Shown here: positions 41,515-53,081 of the stretch, one piece after another
Numbering within the stretch: position 1 is the stretch's first letter
Layout: each line of letters opens with the position of its first letter
Assembly (NCBI GenBank): GCA_963832165.1
Contig: CAWHTE010000007.1
Span: forward strand, 224,001 to 288,000
Direction of reading: 5' to 3'
DNA from: an uncultured delta proteobacterium
Lineage (GTDB): Bacteria > Myxococcota_A > UBA9160 > SMWR01
DNA: 64,000 nucleotides
Notes under the pieces: model-generated
Seen by the model: the letters and a program-made list of their open reading frames with translations, nothing else
The model's database searches: none
Told to the model about the DNA's origin: nothing
Made by a program: the position numbers and the translations under genes

Positions 41515-43236
41515 ATGAGCAGCCTTGAAGTAGCTGTAAGTAATCACGAAACGACACCGAATCCCGGATCAGCCGCCATCTACTACGAACGCGACGGATT
41601 CGACACGTCGCGTCGGAAGCTGATGGGGCGCCACGTGGCAGGTGCCAGTTTCCTGAGCGCCATGGCGCGTTACGCGGCGGCGTCGGAACTCGTCGCGGTG
41701 ACCCCGACCGCGGAGCACTTCGCGGACTTCCAGGCGCGAGTCACGGCTGCGAAGGCGAGCCGGGCGGTCCGCTGGATCCCGGCGAGTGAGCCGGAAACGC
41801 TCGCCGAGGTGGGCTGTCTCTTCTATCCCGGCGTTCCGCCGGCGGATTGGGCCTGGATCCGCCGGCGCGATGGGCAGCGCCGCTTCAGCCTGTGTGGGAT
41901 CACGCACACAACCGCAAGCGTCCGCGCGATGAAGGCTGTCGGAGAGCTCCTCGTGGCGCCGTTCCAGAGCTGGGACGCTCTCATCTGTACCTCGAAAGCC
42001 GTCTACGAGATGGTCGAGCAGCTGCTCGATGGGTATGAGGACTATTTGAGCGCGCGAATGGGAGGGCTCAAGCCAGACCGACCACAGCGGCCGATCATCC
42101 CCCTCGGAGTCGATTGCGAAGCGCTCGCGCCGGGAACGATGGCGGCCTCCCGTGGACGCGCGCTGCGCGCGCGCGCCGGGATACCCCTCGACGCTTTCGT
42201 CGTTCTGTTCGTCGGCCGTCTCTCCTTCCATGCCAAGGCCCACCCTCTCCCGCTCTATCTCGCGCTCGAATGCGCGGCCCAGCGCAGTCCCGGCCCTCTC
42301 TACCTGCTGCTCGCGGGATGGTTCGCGAACGACGGCACCCAGAAGCAGTTCGAAGACGCGGCGCGGCTCTTCTGCCCATCCGTGCAAGTCGTCACCGTCG
42401 ATGGGCGCAATCCCGAGATTCAGCACGACGTCTGGCACGCGGCCGACATATTCGCATCGCCGTCTGACAACATTCAGGAGACGTTCGGCCTGGCACCCGT
42501 CGAAGCGATGGCCGCGGGCCTTCCCACCGTGGTCTCGGATTGGGACGGCTACCGCGACGGTCCTCGACACGGCGTGGAGGGCTTCCTGATCCCGACCTGG
42601 CTCGCTCCTGCGGGATCCGGAGAGGATCTCGCGCGGCGTCATCAGCTCGAAATCGACGACTACGATCACTACATCGGGCACGCCGGACAGTTTGCGGCCG
42701 TCGAAGTGGCCGCGATGGCGCGCGCCTTCGAGACGCTGATGGTGCGCCCCGAGCTGCGGCAGGAGATGGGTGTGCGCGCGCGCCGCCGCGCCGTCGCCGC
42801 CTTCGACTGGCCCGTGATCATCGCGCAATACGAAGAGCTCTGGACGGAGCTCGCGGCGAGGCGTTCCGCCGAGGAGGAGAACGCGCCGGTTCGGCCGCAC
42901 GCATCACCGGCACCGCTCAACGCCGATCCATTCGCGCTGTTCGCCGGCTATCCCTCCGAGCGCCTGCACGCCGACACGCTCGTGAGTCTCCTTCCCGGAG
43001 CGGTTCCGCACGCGCTTCACGAGCGGACGAGCTTGTTCATGAACGCATTGGCACGCGCGTTGATCTGCCGGCCCGAGACCCTCGACGCGCTCTTCACCGA
43101 GCTCGACCGACATCGTGAATGCAGGAGCGCTGACCTGCTCGGGGCGCTCTCGCCCGCGGATCGCCGCGCCGTCCAGCGAACGCTGGTGTGGCTCGCCAAG
43201 CTCGACCTCGTGCGACTCCGCAACCCGGATTCGTAG
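41515..43236 (+). CDS. Glycosyltransferase family 4 protein
   Basis: VGRLSFHAKAHP and SDNIQETFGLAPVEAMAAGLP (EX7E) motifs. Confidence 0.92.
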   Translation: MSSLEVAVSNHETTPNPGSAAIYYERDGFDTSRRKLMGRHVAGASFLSAMARYAAASELVAVTPTAEHFADFQARVTAAKASRAVRWIPASEPETLAEVGCLFYPGVPPADWAWIRRRDGQRRFSLCGITHTTASVRAMKAVGELLVAPFQSWDALICTSKAVYEMVEQLLDGYEDYLSARMGGLKPDRPQRPIIPLGVDCEALAPGTMAASRGRALRARAGIPLDAFVVLFVGRLSFHAKAHPLPLYLALECAAQRSPGPLYLLLAGWFANDGTQKQFEDAARLFCPSVQVVTVDGRNPEIQHDVWHAADIFASPSDNIQETFGLAPVEAMAAGLPTVVSDWDGYRDGPRHGVEGFLIPTWLAPAGSGEDLARRHQLEIDDYDHYIGHAGQFAAVEVAAMARAFETLMVRPELRQEMGVRARRRAVAAFDWPVIIAQYEELWTELAARRSAEEENAPVRPHASPAPLNADPFALFAGYPSERLHADTLVSLLPGAVPHALHERTSLFMNALARALICRPETLDALFTELDRHRECRSADLLGALSPADRRAVQRTLVWLAKLDLVRLRNPDS

Positions 43237-43243
43237 AACGGAG

Positions 43244-44092
43244 ATGACTTCAACGGAAGCGGCGTTCCGTGGACTGGACCTTCGGCTGAGCCGGCTCCGT
43301 CCGTGGCGCCACGGCCTGATGCTCTTTCTGGCCGCCGACAAGATCATCGGCCGAGCGCTCGAGCTCTACGGCGAGTTCGCCGAAACCGAGAATCGCGTGA
43401 TGGTGCGGCTCGTCGGGGCGGGCGACCTCGTGCTGGATGTCGGAGCCAACGTCGGCACCGTCACGCTCCCGCTCGCCGCGCACGTCGGGCCGAGTGGCCG
43501 GGTGATCGCATTCGAACCGCAACGGCTGGTCTTTCAGCATCTGTGCGCGAACATCGCGCTGAACGGCCTGACCAACGTCGACGCGCGATGGGCTGCGGTC
43601 GGCGCGACCGCGGGGAGCGCTCGCATCCCGGCGCTCGATCCCACGCTCGCCGAGAACTTCGGCGCGACACGGCTGGCCGCGGATGGTGAGGTGGTCGCGG
43701 TGACACCCATCGACAGCTTGCAGCTCGAGCGGTGCGACCTGATCAAGATCGACGTCGAAGGGATGGAAGACGACGTGCTGAGAGGCGCGGAGCACACCAT
43801 CGCGAAGCACCGTCCGGCATTGTATTTCGAAGCCAAAAAGAGTGATAACACACGATGGTGTCTATCGTGGCTGTTGCAGCGGGACTATCGCCTCTACTGG
43901 CACTTCGCGCCGTTCTTCAGCCGACCGAATCATCGCGGGCTGGACCACAATGTGTTCGGCGATTACGGAGACATCAACGCGCTGGCGCTTCCAGGGGAAA
44001 GCAACAGGCACCTGCACATGCCCCCGGTAACCGCTGCCGATGCCGATTGGCAGGTGGCCTACCACCGTTGGGGCGATGAACAGAAGCGCTAG
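43244..44092 (+). CDS. FkbM family methyltransferase
   Basis: LDVGANVG, AFEPQ, IKIDVEGME motifs; GGAG RBS. Confidence 0.92.
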   Translation: MTSTEAAFRGLDLRLSRLRPWRHGLMLFLAADKIIGRALELYGEFAETENRVMVRLVGAGDLVLDVGANVGTVTLPLAAHVGPSGRVIAFEPQRLVFQHLCANIALNGLTNVDARWAAVGATAGSARIPALDPTLAENFGATRLAADGEVVAVTPIDSLQLERCDLIKIDVEGMEDDVLRGAEHTIAKHRPALYFEAKKSDNTRWCLSWLLQRDYRLYWHFAPFFSRPNHRGLDHNVFGDYGDINALALPGESNRHLHMPPVTAADADWQVAYHRWGDEQKR

Positions 44093-44117
44093 CGCTACGC
44101 GACTGCCTGGCGTTCTC

Positions 44118-44173
44118 GTAGGCGGTCGTGTCGAGCTCGCTAGGGGATGCTCCCGGACCCGCGCGAGAACGCG
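44118..44173 (-). repeat. Inverted degenerate remnant of the selB 3' end
   Basis: Reverse complement of 44118-44139 (CGAGCTCGACACGACCGCCTAC) matches 21801-21822 and 23308-23329 at 21/22; 44162-44173 matches 21772-21783 at 10/12. Confidence 0.62.
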
Positions 44174-44183
44174 ATCCGGATCG

Positions 44184-45038
44184 TCAGCGCTGTGCGTTCG
44201 TCGTCGCTGCGGGGGCAGGGCTCGTCGCGCAGTCGAACGTCATTCCGATCCGGCCCCAACGCATCTCGCCGACCAGGAGCTTGATCCAGGTGAGCGGATT
44301 CAGCATCGCGAGCCACGAGTGGTTGTTGTTCCACGACCAGTAGTTGATCAGCACCGGGCCTTTCAGGTTGTCGTGGTGCACGGTTCCCCACGCGCGGCTG
44401 TCGTTCGAGTTGTCGCGGTTGTCGCCCATCAGGAAATAGTGATCGGGGGGGACCGTCATCGGCGCCTGGGTGAGGCCGCCGCTGCCCGGAATGTCGAGCA
44501 CGGCGTGGTAGCAGCCGCCGAGGTCCTCCTCGAGCACGCGCATCTTCACGCCGCGCTCGTCGACGAACTCCTGGGCGAGATCGCGCTGGGAAGCGACCTT
44601 CCCGTTCAGGATGAGCCTTCCATCCCGGTACGCCACGGTGTCGCCGGGAAGCCCGACGATCCGCTTGACGAAGCCCTCCTCGGCGTAGTCGGGGCATTGA
44701 TCGAGCGGGCAGATCACGCCGCTCGGCCCGCGCCCGAGAGCGAACACGGCGATCTCGCCGCGCTTCGGGTCGCGTACCGGACGCACCTGGATGCCCGTGA
44801 ACGGCACGTGCGCGCCATACATGAACTTCGACACGAAGACGTGATCGCCGATCAGCATGGTCGACAGCATCGAGCCCGAGGGCACGTAGTAGGACTCGAT
44901 GATCACGGCGCGGATCGCGAGCGCGATCAACACCGCGAGCGCGATCGGCCCGACCTGGTCCCAGACGCGGCGAATCAAACTCGAATCTTCGGTCTCCGGC
45001 TCGGGCGCCGGCTTCTTCTTGTTGGGGCTCGGGCTCAA
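44184..45038 (-). CDS. lepB: Signal peptidase I
   Basis: PSGSM (catalytic Ser), FVKRIVGLPGD (catalytic Lys), GDNRDNSNDSR; TTG start inferred. Confidence 0.95.
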   Translation of the reverse strand: MSPSPNKKKPAPEPETEDSSLIRRVWDQVGPIALAVLIALAIRAVIIESYYVPSGSMLSTMLIGDHVFVSKFMYGAHVPFTGIQVRPVRDPKRGEIAVFALGRGPSGVICPLDQCPDYAEEGFVKRIVGLPGDTVAYRDGRLILNGKVASQRDLAQEFVDERGVKMRVLEEDLGGCYHAVLDIPGSGGLTQAPMTVPPDHYFLMGDNRDNSNDSRAWGTVHHDNLKGPVLINYWSWNNNHSWLAMLNPLTWIKLLVGEMRWGRIGMTFDCATSPAPAATTNAQR

Positions 45039-45124
45039 GGATTCTCCCGGTTTGGTGCGCCGAGGCGCGCAATGGTAGGTTGCCCCTCGCACGCGCGCCC
45101 GCGCGCGGAGCGCGGAGTAGGCGA

Positions 45125-45547
45125 ATGGCAGAGCGAAGCGTGACCGGATCGTGCCTGTGCGGCGAGGTGCAGCTGCGAGTGAGGATGCCCACACTCGCGT
45201 GTGTGCACTGTCACTGCACGATGTGCCAGCGCAACCACGGCGCGGGCTACGTCACGTGGGTGGCGGTGGCGCGCGAGAACGTGGCGGTCACGTCGGGCGC
45301 TGAACAGCTCGTGGTGTATCGCTCGTCCGAACACGGCACGCGCTCGTTCTGCGGCCGCTGCGGCAGCTCGCTCCTGTGCGACATTGCACTCCACCCGACC
45401 CAGATCGACGTGGTGCTCACGTGCCTGCACGGTCCGATCGATCGCGAGCCGCAGATGCACATCCACTTCGACGACCGGGCGGCGTGGACCGCCGTGGGCG
45501 ACGATCTTCCGCGGCTCGGCGGCAGGACCGGCCTCGAACCGATCTAG
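45125..45547 (+). CDS. GFA family (glutathione-dependent formaldehyde-activating-like) protein
   Basis: GSCLCG, CHCTMCQR, RSFCGRCGS zinc motifs. Confidence 0.92.
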   Translation: MAERSVTGSCLCGEVQLRVRMPTLACVHCHCTMCQRNHGAGYVTWVAVARENVAVTSGAEQLVVYRSSEHGTRSFCGRCGSSLLCDIALHPTQIDVVLTCLHGPIDREPQMHIHFDDRAAWTAVGDDLPRLGGRTGLEPI

Positions 45548-45936
45548 GCCTCGTCTTCGGGCGTCGCGGGGCGCATCGCGTCGAAGCTCCAGAACGCGCG
45601 CATCGACGCGATCTTGCCGTCGTCGCGGAACGCCATCACGCTGATGATGTCGAGAACCTGCCTGGGTCCGCCCTCGGGCCCGATCAGCACCTTGAGCGGC
45701 GTGGCGGCCTCGCGTCCGGCCACGTGCACGGGCCCGACGCGCTTCATCGTCACCGAGCCCGCGGCCGCCTGGTAGAACTTGCGGATCGCATCGGTCCCGC
45801 GGTGGGGCGGCGCTCCGATCGGGTCTTCGATCGTGGCGTCGTCGGCGTAGAGCGCGACGATCCCCTCCACGTCGCCCTTCGTCACCATCTCGGGGTAGCG
45901 CTCGTAGAGCTTGCGGATCTGGTTTGCGTCGATCAT
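45544..45936 (-). CDS. NTF2/SnoaL-like protein resembling ketosteroid isomerase
   Basis: ERY, ALYADDATIEDPIG, GKIASMRAFW motifs. Confidence 0.8.
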   Translation of the reverse strand: MIDANQIRKLYERYPEMVTKGDVEGIVALYADDATIEDPIGAPPHRGTDAIRKFYQAAAGSVTMKRVGPVHVAGREAATPLKVLIGPEGGPRQVLDIISVMAFRDDGKIASMRAFWSFDAMRPATPEDEA

Positions 45937-45956
45937 GGGGGTCCTCCTGAATTCGC

Positions 45957-47488
45957 CTAACGCACAGCAGCGCTGGTGCTCGAGAGCAGTGCGCCGACCG
46001 AGTCGCGCGCCCAGTCGAGCACGTTCACCTCGCCGATGATCGGCAGCGCGCCGTTCGGGAACAGTCCGAGGTAGAGAACGCCTGCGGCACAAACGGCGAG
46101 CACGGCGATCTCGCCGCTGTCGAGCCCGACGCGCGGAGCCTCGTCGCCGGGATCGCGCATGTACATGAGCACCGGAATGCGCAGGTAGTAGTAGACCGAC
46201 ACGACGCTCATCATCACGCCCAGAATCGCGAGCGGAACCTGGCCTGCGTCGACCGCGGACTTGAAGATCAGGAATTTGCCCGTGAACCCGGCCGTGCCGG
46301 GGATCCCCGCGAGCGCGACCATGAACAGCGTCATGAGCGCGGCGAGCCCGGGCCGGCGCTGCGCGAGGCCCGCGAGCGAGCTCATGCGCTCACAGTCCTG
46401 ACCTCGATTCGCGAGCGCCACCACCACGCCGAATGCGCCCAGGTTCATGAACAGATAGGCGATCAGGTAGAACACGACCGCGGAGTAGCCCTCGGCGGTG
46501 CCGGGCACGAAGCCGATCAACAGGTAGCCCGCGTGCGCGATGCTCGAGTAGGCGAGCAGCCGTTTGACGTTCTCCTGGATCACGGCCATCACATTGCCGA
46601 CCACGAGCGTGGCCGCCGCGAGCACCCAGAGCAGGTTCCCGAGCAGATCGCCGAGCGGCTCGAACGAGAGCGCGAGCACGCGCAGGAACGCCGCGAATGC
46701 GGCGATCTTCACGGTCACGCTCATGAACGCAGTCACCGCGGAGGGCGCTCCCTCGTAGACGTCGGGCGTCCACTGGTGGAACGGCACCGACGAGATCTTG
46801 AACGCGAAGCCCACGACCACGAAGCCGAGCCCCGCGACCGCGAGCGGGTTCGCCGGATCGAATGCGGCCCGGATGCCCGCGAACGACGTCGTCCCGGCCA
46901 CGCCGTAGAGCAGCGCCACGCCGTAGAGCAGGATCGCGCTCGCGAACGAGCCGATCAGGAAGTACTTCATCGCCGATTCGTTGCTGCGAAGACGCCGGCG
47001 ATCGAAGCCTGCGAGCACATAGATCGGGATGCTCATGAGCTCGAGGCCCAGGAATACCGGCAGCATGTCGACCGCGGCCACCAGGAGCATCATCCCCGAG
47101 GTCGCGAACAGGATCAGCGCGTAGAACTCGCCGTGGTTGATGCGCAGCTCGTCGAGATAGTGCATCGACAGCGCGCACGAGAGCAGCGCTGCGAGCCCGA
47201 TCACGGCGGTCACGAGCGCCGAGAACGGATCGAGCTGGAACATCGGATGGCCGACTTCGAAGGCCAGCGCGGTGCCCAATCGCGCGACGTCGGCGGCCAT
47301 GTAGGTGGCCGCGCCGAGCGAGAGCATCGAGATCAGCGCGAGCACGCTGCCGATGTACGACTCGGTGAGGCGCCGGCCCAGCAGCGTCTTGCGGCGCGAG
47401 AGCAGCACCTCGCCCACGAGCACGAACATCGCACCCGCACCCACGGCCACCATGGGACCGAGTACGGAGAGGTTGAGCTGGGGCGGGG

Positions 47489-47492
<4 letters not shown>
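45957..47492 (-). CDS. nuoN: NADH-quinone oxidoreductase subunit N
   Basis: GLELMSIPIY, ESAMKYF, FKISSVPFHQWTPDVYEGAP, KRLLAYSSIAHAGY. Confidence 0.96.
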
Positions 47493-49105
<1,613 letters not shown>

Positions 49106-49107
49106 CA

Positions 49108-51123
49108 CTAACTCAGCAGGTACCAGAGGATCGCCGCGGTGCCCGCGAGCATCGACGCGACATATCCCTGGGCGAGGCCCGATTGCAGTCGGCGCAGACC
49201 CGCTGACGCGAACAGCTGCACCGCGCGCGCGCTCCCGTTCACGGCCACGGTGTCGATCAGGCCCGCGTCGACGGCGCGGTACAACACCGCGTCGGAGACG
49301 CGCACGAGCGGGCGCACGATCATTGCATCGTAGATCTCGTCGACGTAGTACTTGTTCGCGAGCAGCCTGTGGAGGCCCGCGAAGCGCGGCGCAGGCAGCT
49401 CGGGGCGCGCGGCGTACAGGCGGTAGGCGATCACCCACCCGAACACCGCGATTCCGATCGCCACGCCCATCATCGCGTACTCGGTCGCGTGCGAGATGTG
49501 GTGCGGCGCAGCGCTCGGCCAGATCGGCGACAACCAGTTCGCGAGGCTGTGCGGGTTCTCGACACCGAACCAGTCGCCGATGACCTGGGGAATGCCGAGC
49601 ACGCCGCCCACGGCCGACAGCGCCGCGAGTGCGATCAGCGGATTGGTGACCCAGTTCACGGGCTCGTGCGCGTGCTCGTAGACGTCCTTCGACGCGCGCG
49701 TCTCGCCGTGGAACACGAGGTAGTACAGCCGCCACATGTAGAACGCGGTGATCCCTGCCGTGAGCAGCCCGATGCCGTAGAGGATCTCTGCGCCCGGCAC
49801 GTGCGATGCGAACGCGCTCGCGAGGATCTCGTCCTTGGAGAAGAAGCCCGAGAACGGCGGGAAGCCCGAGATCGCATAGACACCGCAGAAGAACACGAGA
49901 TGGGTGAGCGGAATCCTGCGCCGCAGGCCGCCCATCTTCATGATGTCCTGCTCGTGGTGCATCGCGAGGATCACCGCGCCCGCGCCCAGGAAGAGCAGCG
50001 CCTTGAAGAACGCGTGGGTCACGAGGTGGAAGATCGCGCCCGTGTAACCGCCGCATCCCGCGGCGAGGAACATGTAGCCGAGCTGGCTCACCGTGGAGTA
50101 CGCGAGCACTTTCTTGATGTCGGTCTGCGCGATCGCGATCGTGGCCGCGAACAGCGCCGTGAGCGCGCCCGTCCACGCGATCACCGCGCTCGCGAACGGC
50201 GCCGCCGCGTACAGGAACGACAGGCGGCACACCATGTACACGCCCGCGGTGACCATCGTGGCCGCGTGGATCAGCGCCGACACGGGCGTCGGGCCCGCCA
50301 TCGCGTCGGGCAGCCACACATAGAGCGGGATCTGCGCCGACTTGCCGGCCGCGCCCACGAACAGGCACAGCCCGATCACGTCCACGAGGCGCCACTCCGA
50401 GCCCCACGGCGTCGCGATCGTCCGCTCGGCGATCGCGGCGAAGTGCTGCGAGATGTCGGCGAAGCCGACACCCGCGGGCACGCCCGCCTCCACGAACGAC
50501 GCGAACAGCAGGAAGATCCCGATCAGGAAGCCGAAGTCGCCCACGCGGTTGACGATGAAGGCCTTGCTGCCGCAGTAGGCGTTGTGGCGATCGCTGTACC
50601 AGAACCCGATCAACAGATAGGAGCAGAGGCCTACACCCTCCCAGCCCAGGAACATCAGCACGAGGTTGTCGGCCAGCACCAGCACGAGCATCGAGAACGT
50701 GAACAGGTTCATGTAACAGAAGAAGCGCTGGAATCCGCGGTCGTCGCGGTGGTCGTCGTCCATGTACCCGACCGAGTACACGTGGATCAGCAAGCCGACG
50801 CCCGTGACCACGAGCGCCATCACCGCCGAGAGCGGATCGACGCGCAGCGCGAGCTCGGCCGTGAAGCGCGTCGCGCCGATGCCCGCCCCGAACCAGGTGC
50901 TCAGGCGGTCGACGAGCACGCTGCCCTCGGGCATGCCGACGAGCTTCGAGAACGCGATGCACGAGATCAGGAACGAGAGCGCGACGCTGCCGCACGACAG
51001 AGCGATCACGACCGGCCGCGGCGTGCTGCGCCGCACGATGCCGATCGCCACGCCGTGGAACGCCGCGGCCAGGAGTGGCAGCAGCGGAATCCAGCGCAGC
51101 AGGTTCTCCGCGGTTTCGTTCAC
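49108..51123 (-). CDS. nuoL: NADH-quinone oxidoreductase subunit L
   Basis: GWEGVGLCSY, GKSAQIPLYVWLPDAMAGPTPVSALIHAATMV. Confidence 0.96.
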   Translation of the reverse strand: MNETAENLLRWIPLLPLLAAAFHGVAIGIVRRSTPRPVVIALSCGSVALSFLISCIAFSKLVGMPEGSVLVDRLSTWFGAGIGATRFTAELALRVDPLSAVMALVVTGVGLLIHVYSVGYMDDDHRDDRGFQRFFCYMNLFTFSMLVLVLADNLVLMFLGWEGVGLCSYLLIGFWYSDRHNAYCGSKAFIVNRVGDFGFLIGIFLLFASFVEAGVPAGVGFADISQHFAAIAERTIATPWGSEWRLVDVIGLCLFVGAAGKSAQIPLYVWLPDAMAGPTPVSALIHAATMVTAGVYMVCRLSFLYAAAPFASAVIAWTGALTALFAATIAIAQTDIKKVLAYSTVSQLGYMFLAAGCGGYTGAIFHLVTHAFFKALLFLGAGAVILAMHHEQDIMKMGGLRRRIPLTHLVFFCGVYAISGFPPFSGFFSKDEILASAFASHVPGAEILYGIGLLTAGITAFYMWRLYYLVFHGETRASKDVYEHAHEPVNWVTNPLIALAALSAVGGVLGIPQVIGDWFGVENPHSLANWLSPIWPSAAPHHISHATEYAMMGVAIGIAVFGWVIAYRLYAARPELPAPRFAGLHRLLANKYYVDEIYDAMIVRPLVRVSDAVLYRAVDAGLIDTVAVNGSARAVQLFASAGLRRLQSGLAQGYVASMLAGTAAILWYLLS

Positions 51124-51425
51124 CACTTGAGCAGACTCACGTCTTCGATGTTCACGGAATCCCGGTTGCGGAACATCGAGATCACGATGCCGAGCCCCAC
51201 CGCCACCTCGGCCGCCGCGACCGTGATCACCATCAGCACGAACACGTGGCCGTCGTAGTTCGCGGGCCAGAGCCGGTTGAAGCCCACGAACGCGAGGTTC
51301 ACGGCGTTGAGCATCAGCTCGATCGACATCAGGATCACGATCATGTTGCGGCGCGTGACGACACCCACGACGCCGATCGCGAACAGGATCCCCGAGAGTC
51401 CGATCACGTGGTCGAGCGGAATCAT
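51120..51425 (-). CDS. nuoK: NADH-quinone oxidoreductase subunit K
   Basis: RRNMIVILMSIELMLNA, VAAAEVAVGL. Confidence 0.96.
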   Translation of the reverse strand: MIPLDHVIGLSGILFAIGVVGVVTRRNMIVILMSIELMLNAVNLAFVGFNRLWPANYDGHVFVLMVITVAAAEVAVGLGIVISMFRNRDSVNIEDVSLLKW

Positions 51426-51432
51426 GGGCGCC

Positions 51433-51933
51433 TCAATCGATCTTCCGCTTCGCGAGGATCAGCGCACCCACGATCGCGGCCGTGAGCAGGAGCGACGCCA
51501 TCTCGACGAGCAGGATGTAGTCGGTGTAGAGGGCGATCCCGACGGACCGGTAGCCGCCGAAGCCCGCCGGCAGCGGTGGCGCCGCGGGCAGCGCACCGAC
51601 GCGGCGCATCACCTCGGCCACCCCGAACACGCCGAGCAGCGCGCCCGCGAGCTTGGTCAAGCGCGCGCGGCCGGGTGCGAAGTCGTCGCTGCGCAGATTG
51701 AGCAGCATCACGACGAACAGGAACAACACCACGATCGCACCCGCGTAGACCATGATCTGGATCGCCGCGACGAGATGCGCCTCGAGCAAGAGGTAGATGA
51801 TCGCGAGCGCCACCATCGTGACCACGAGAGAGAGCGCCGCGGCGACGGTGTTGCGCGTGTTCAGCACCATCCCGAGCGCTGCGAGCACCGAGAGCACGGC
51901 GAACAGGTAGAACAGGAATACCGGAACCGTCAC
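51433..51933 (-). CDS. nuoJ: NADH-quinone oxidoreductase subunit J
   Basis: QIMVYAGAIVVLFLFVVMLL motif; GTGA overlap with nuoH. Confidence 0.95.
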   Translation of the reverse strand: MTVPVFLFYLFAVLSVLAALGMVLNTRNTVAAALSLVVTMVALAIIYLLLEAHLVAAIQIMVYAGAIVVLFLFVVMLLNLRSDDFAPGRARLTKLAGALLGVFGVAEVMRRVGALPAAPPLPAGFGGYRSVGIALYTDYILLVEMASLLLTAAIVGALILAKRKID

Positions 51934-53081
51934 GGCGTCCCCTTCACGAGCAGGATCACGAAGCCGGTCACGAAGATGTTCGCGATCGAGAGCGGCAGGA
52001 TGATCTTCCAGCACAGGTCCATCACCTGGTCGTACCGGAAGCGCGGCAGCGTCCAGCGCAGGAGCATCTGGACCCAGATCATCACCACCACCTTGATCAT
52101 GAAGGTGAGGAAGTGGAGGAGGATGCAGATGCCGTTCGCGAAGCCCTCGTTGAACACGGGGCTGATCGCGCCGACGATCGTCTCCGTGGAGAGATAGGGA
52201 ATCGCCCAGCCGCCCAGGAACAGCGTGGCGATCAGGCCCGCGATCACCACGACCTCGATGAACTCGGACATGAAGAACAGGCCGAAGCGCATGCCCGAGT
52301 ACTCGATGAAGTAGCCCGCGATCAGCTCCGACTCGCCTTCGGGCAGGTCGAACGGCGGCCGCTTGTTCTCGGCCATGATCGTGGTCAGGAACATCAGGAA
52401 GCCGAGCGGCTGATAGAACAGGCCCCAGGCCGGCAGGCGCACCCAGTCGAGCCACTGCGGCACGGGTACGCCGAGCAGGTGCTCGAGGAAGCCGAGCACG
52501 CGGAACGTGGTGTCCTGCGCGATAACCATGTCCTGGAGCTGGAGCGTCTGGAACACCATGAAGATGCCGACGACCGACAGCCCCATCGTGACCTCGTACG
52601 AGATCATCTGGGCCGACGCGCGCAGGCCGCCGAGCAGCGACCAGTTGTTGTTGCTCGCCCAGCCCGCCATCACGGTGCCGTAGGTGGCGATCGAGCCGAT
52701 CGCGAAGATGTAGAGCAGGCCCCAGTCGGGGTTGGCGGCCACGAGCGAGATCGTGTGCGAGCCGAACGTGTAGACGCCGCCGAACGGAATCACCGCGTAG
52801 GCGATCACGGCGGGCACCGCGGCGATGACTGGCGCGATCAGGTGCATCACCCGGTTCGCGCCCGTCGGAACGACGTCTTCCTTCGAGAGCAGCTTGAACA
52901 CGTCGGCGAGCGGGTGGAGCAGGCCGAGCACCGTGATCCCGGCGATGTCGGCGCGGTTCGCGCCGATCCGGTCCTGCATCACGGCGCTCTGCTTGCGTTC
53001 GATCCACGTGATCACGGGCGCGAGCGCGGCCACCACCACGAGCAGGATGAACAGCGACTTGATCACTACCTCGACGATCAC
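51930..53081 (-). CDS. nuoH: NADH-quinone oxidoreductase subunit H
   Basis: ERKQSAVMQDRIG, RASAQMISYE, RPPFDLPEGESEL, LPRFRYDQ. Confidence 0.96.
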   Translation of the reverse strand: MIVEVVIKSLFILLVVVAALAPVITWIERKQSAVMQDRIGANRADIAGITVLGLLHPLADVFKLLSKEDVVPTGANRVMHLIAPVIAAVPAVIAYAVIPFGGVYTFGSHTISLVAANPDWGLLYIFAIGSIATYGTVMAGWASNNNWSLLGGLRASAQMISYEVTMGLSVVGIFMVFQTLQLQDMVIAQDTTFRVLGFLEHLLGVPVPQWLDWVRLPAWGLFYQPLGFLMFLTTIMAENKRPPFDLPEGESELIAGYFIEYSGMRFGLFFMSEFIEVVVIAGLIATLFLGGWAIPYLSTETIVGAISPVFNEGFANGICILLHFLTFMIKVVVMIWVQMLLRWTLPRFRYDQVMDLCWKIILPLSIANIFVTGFVILLVKGTP

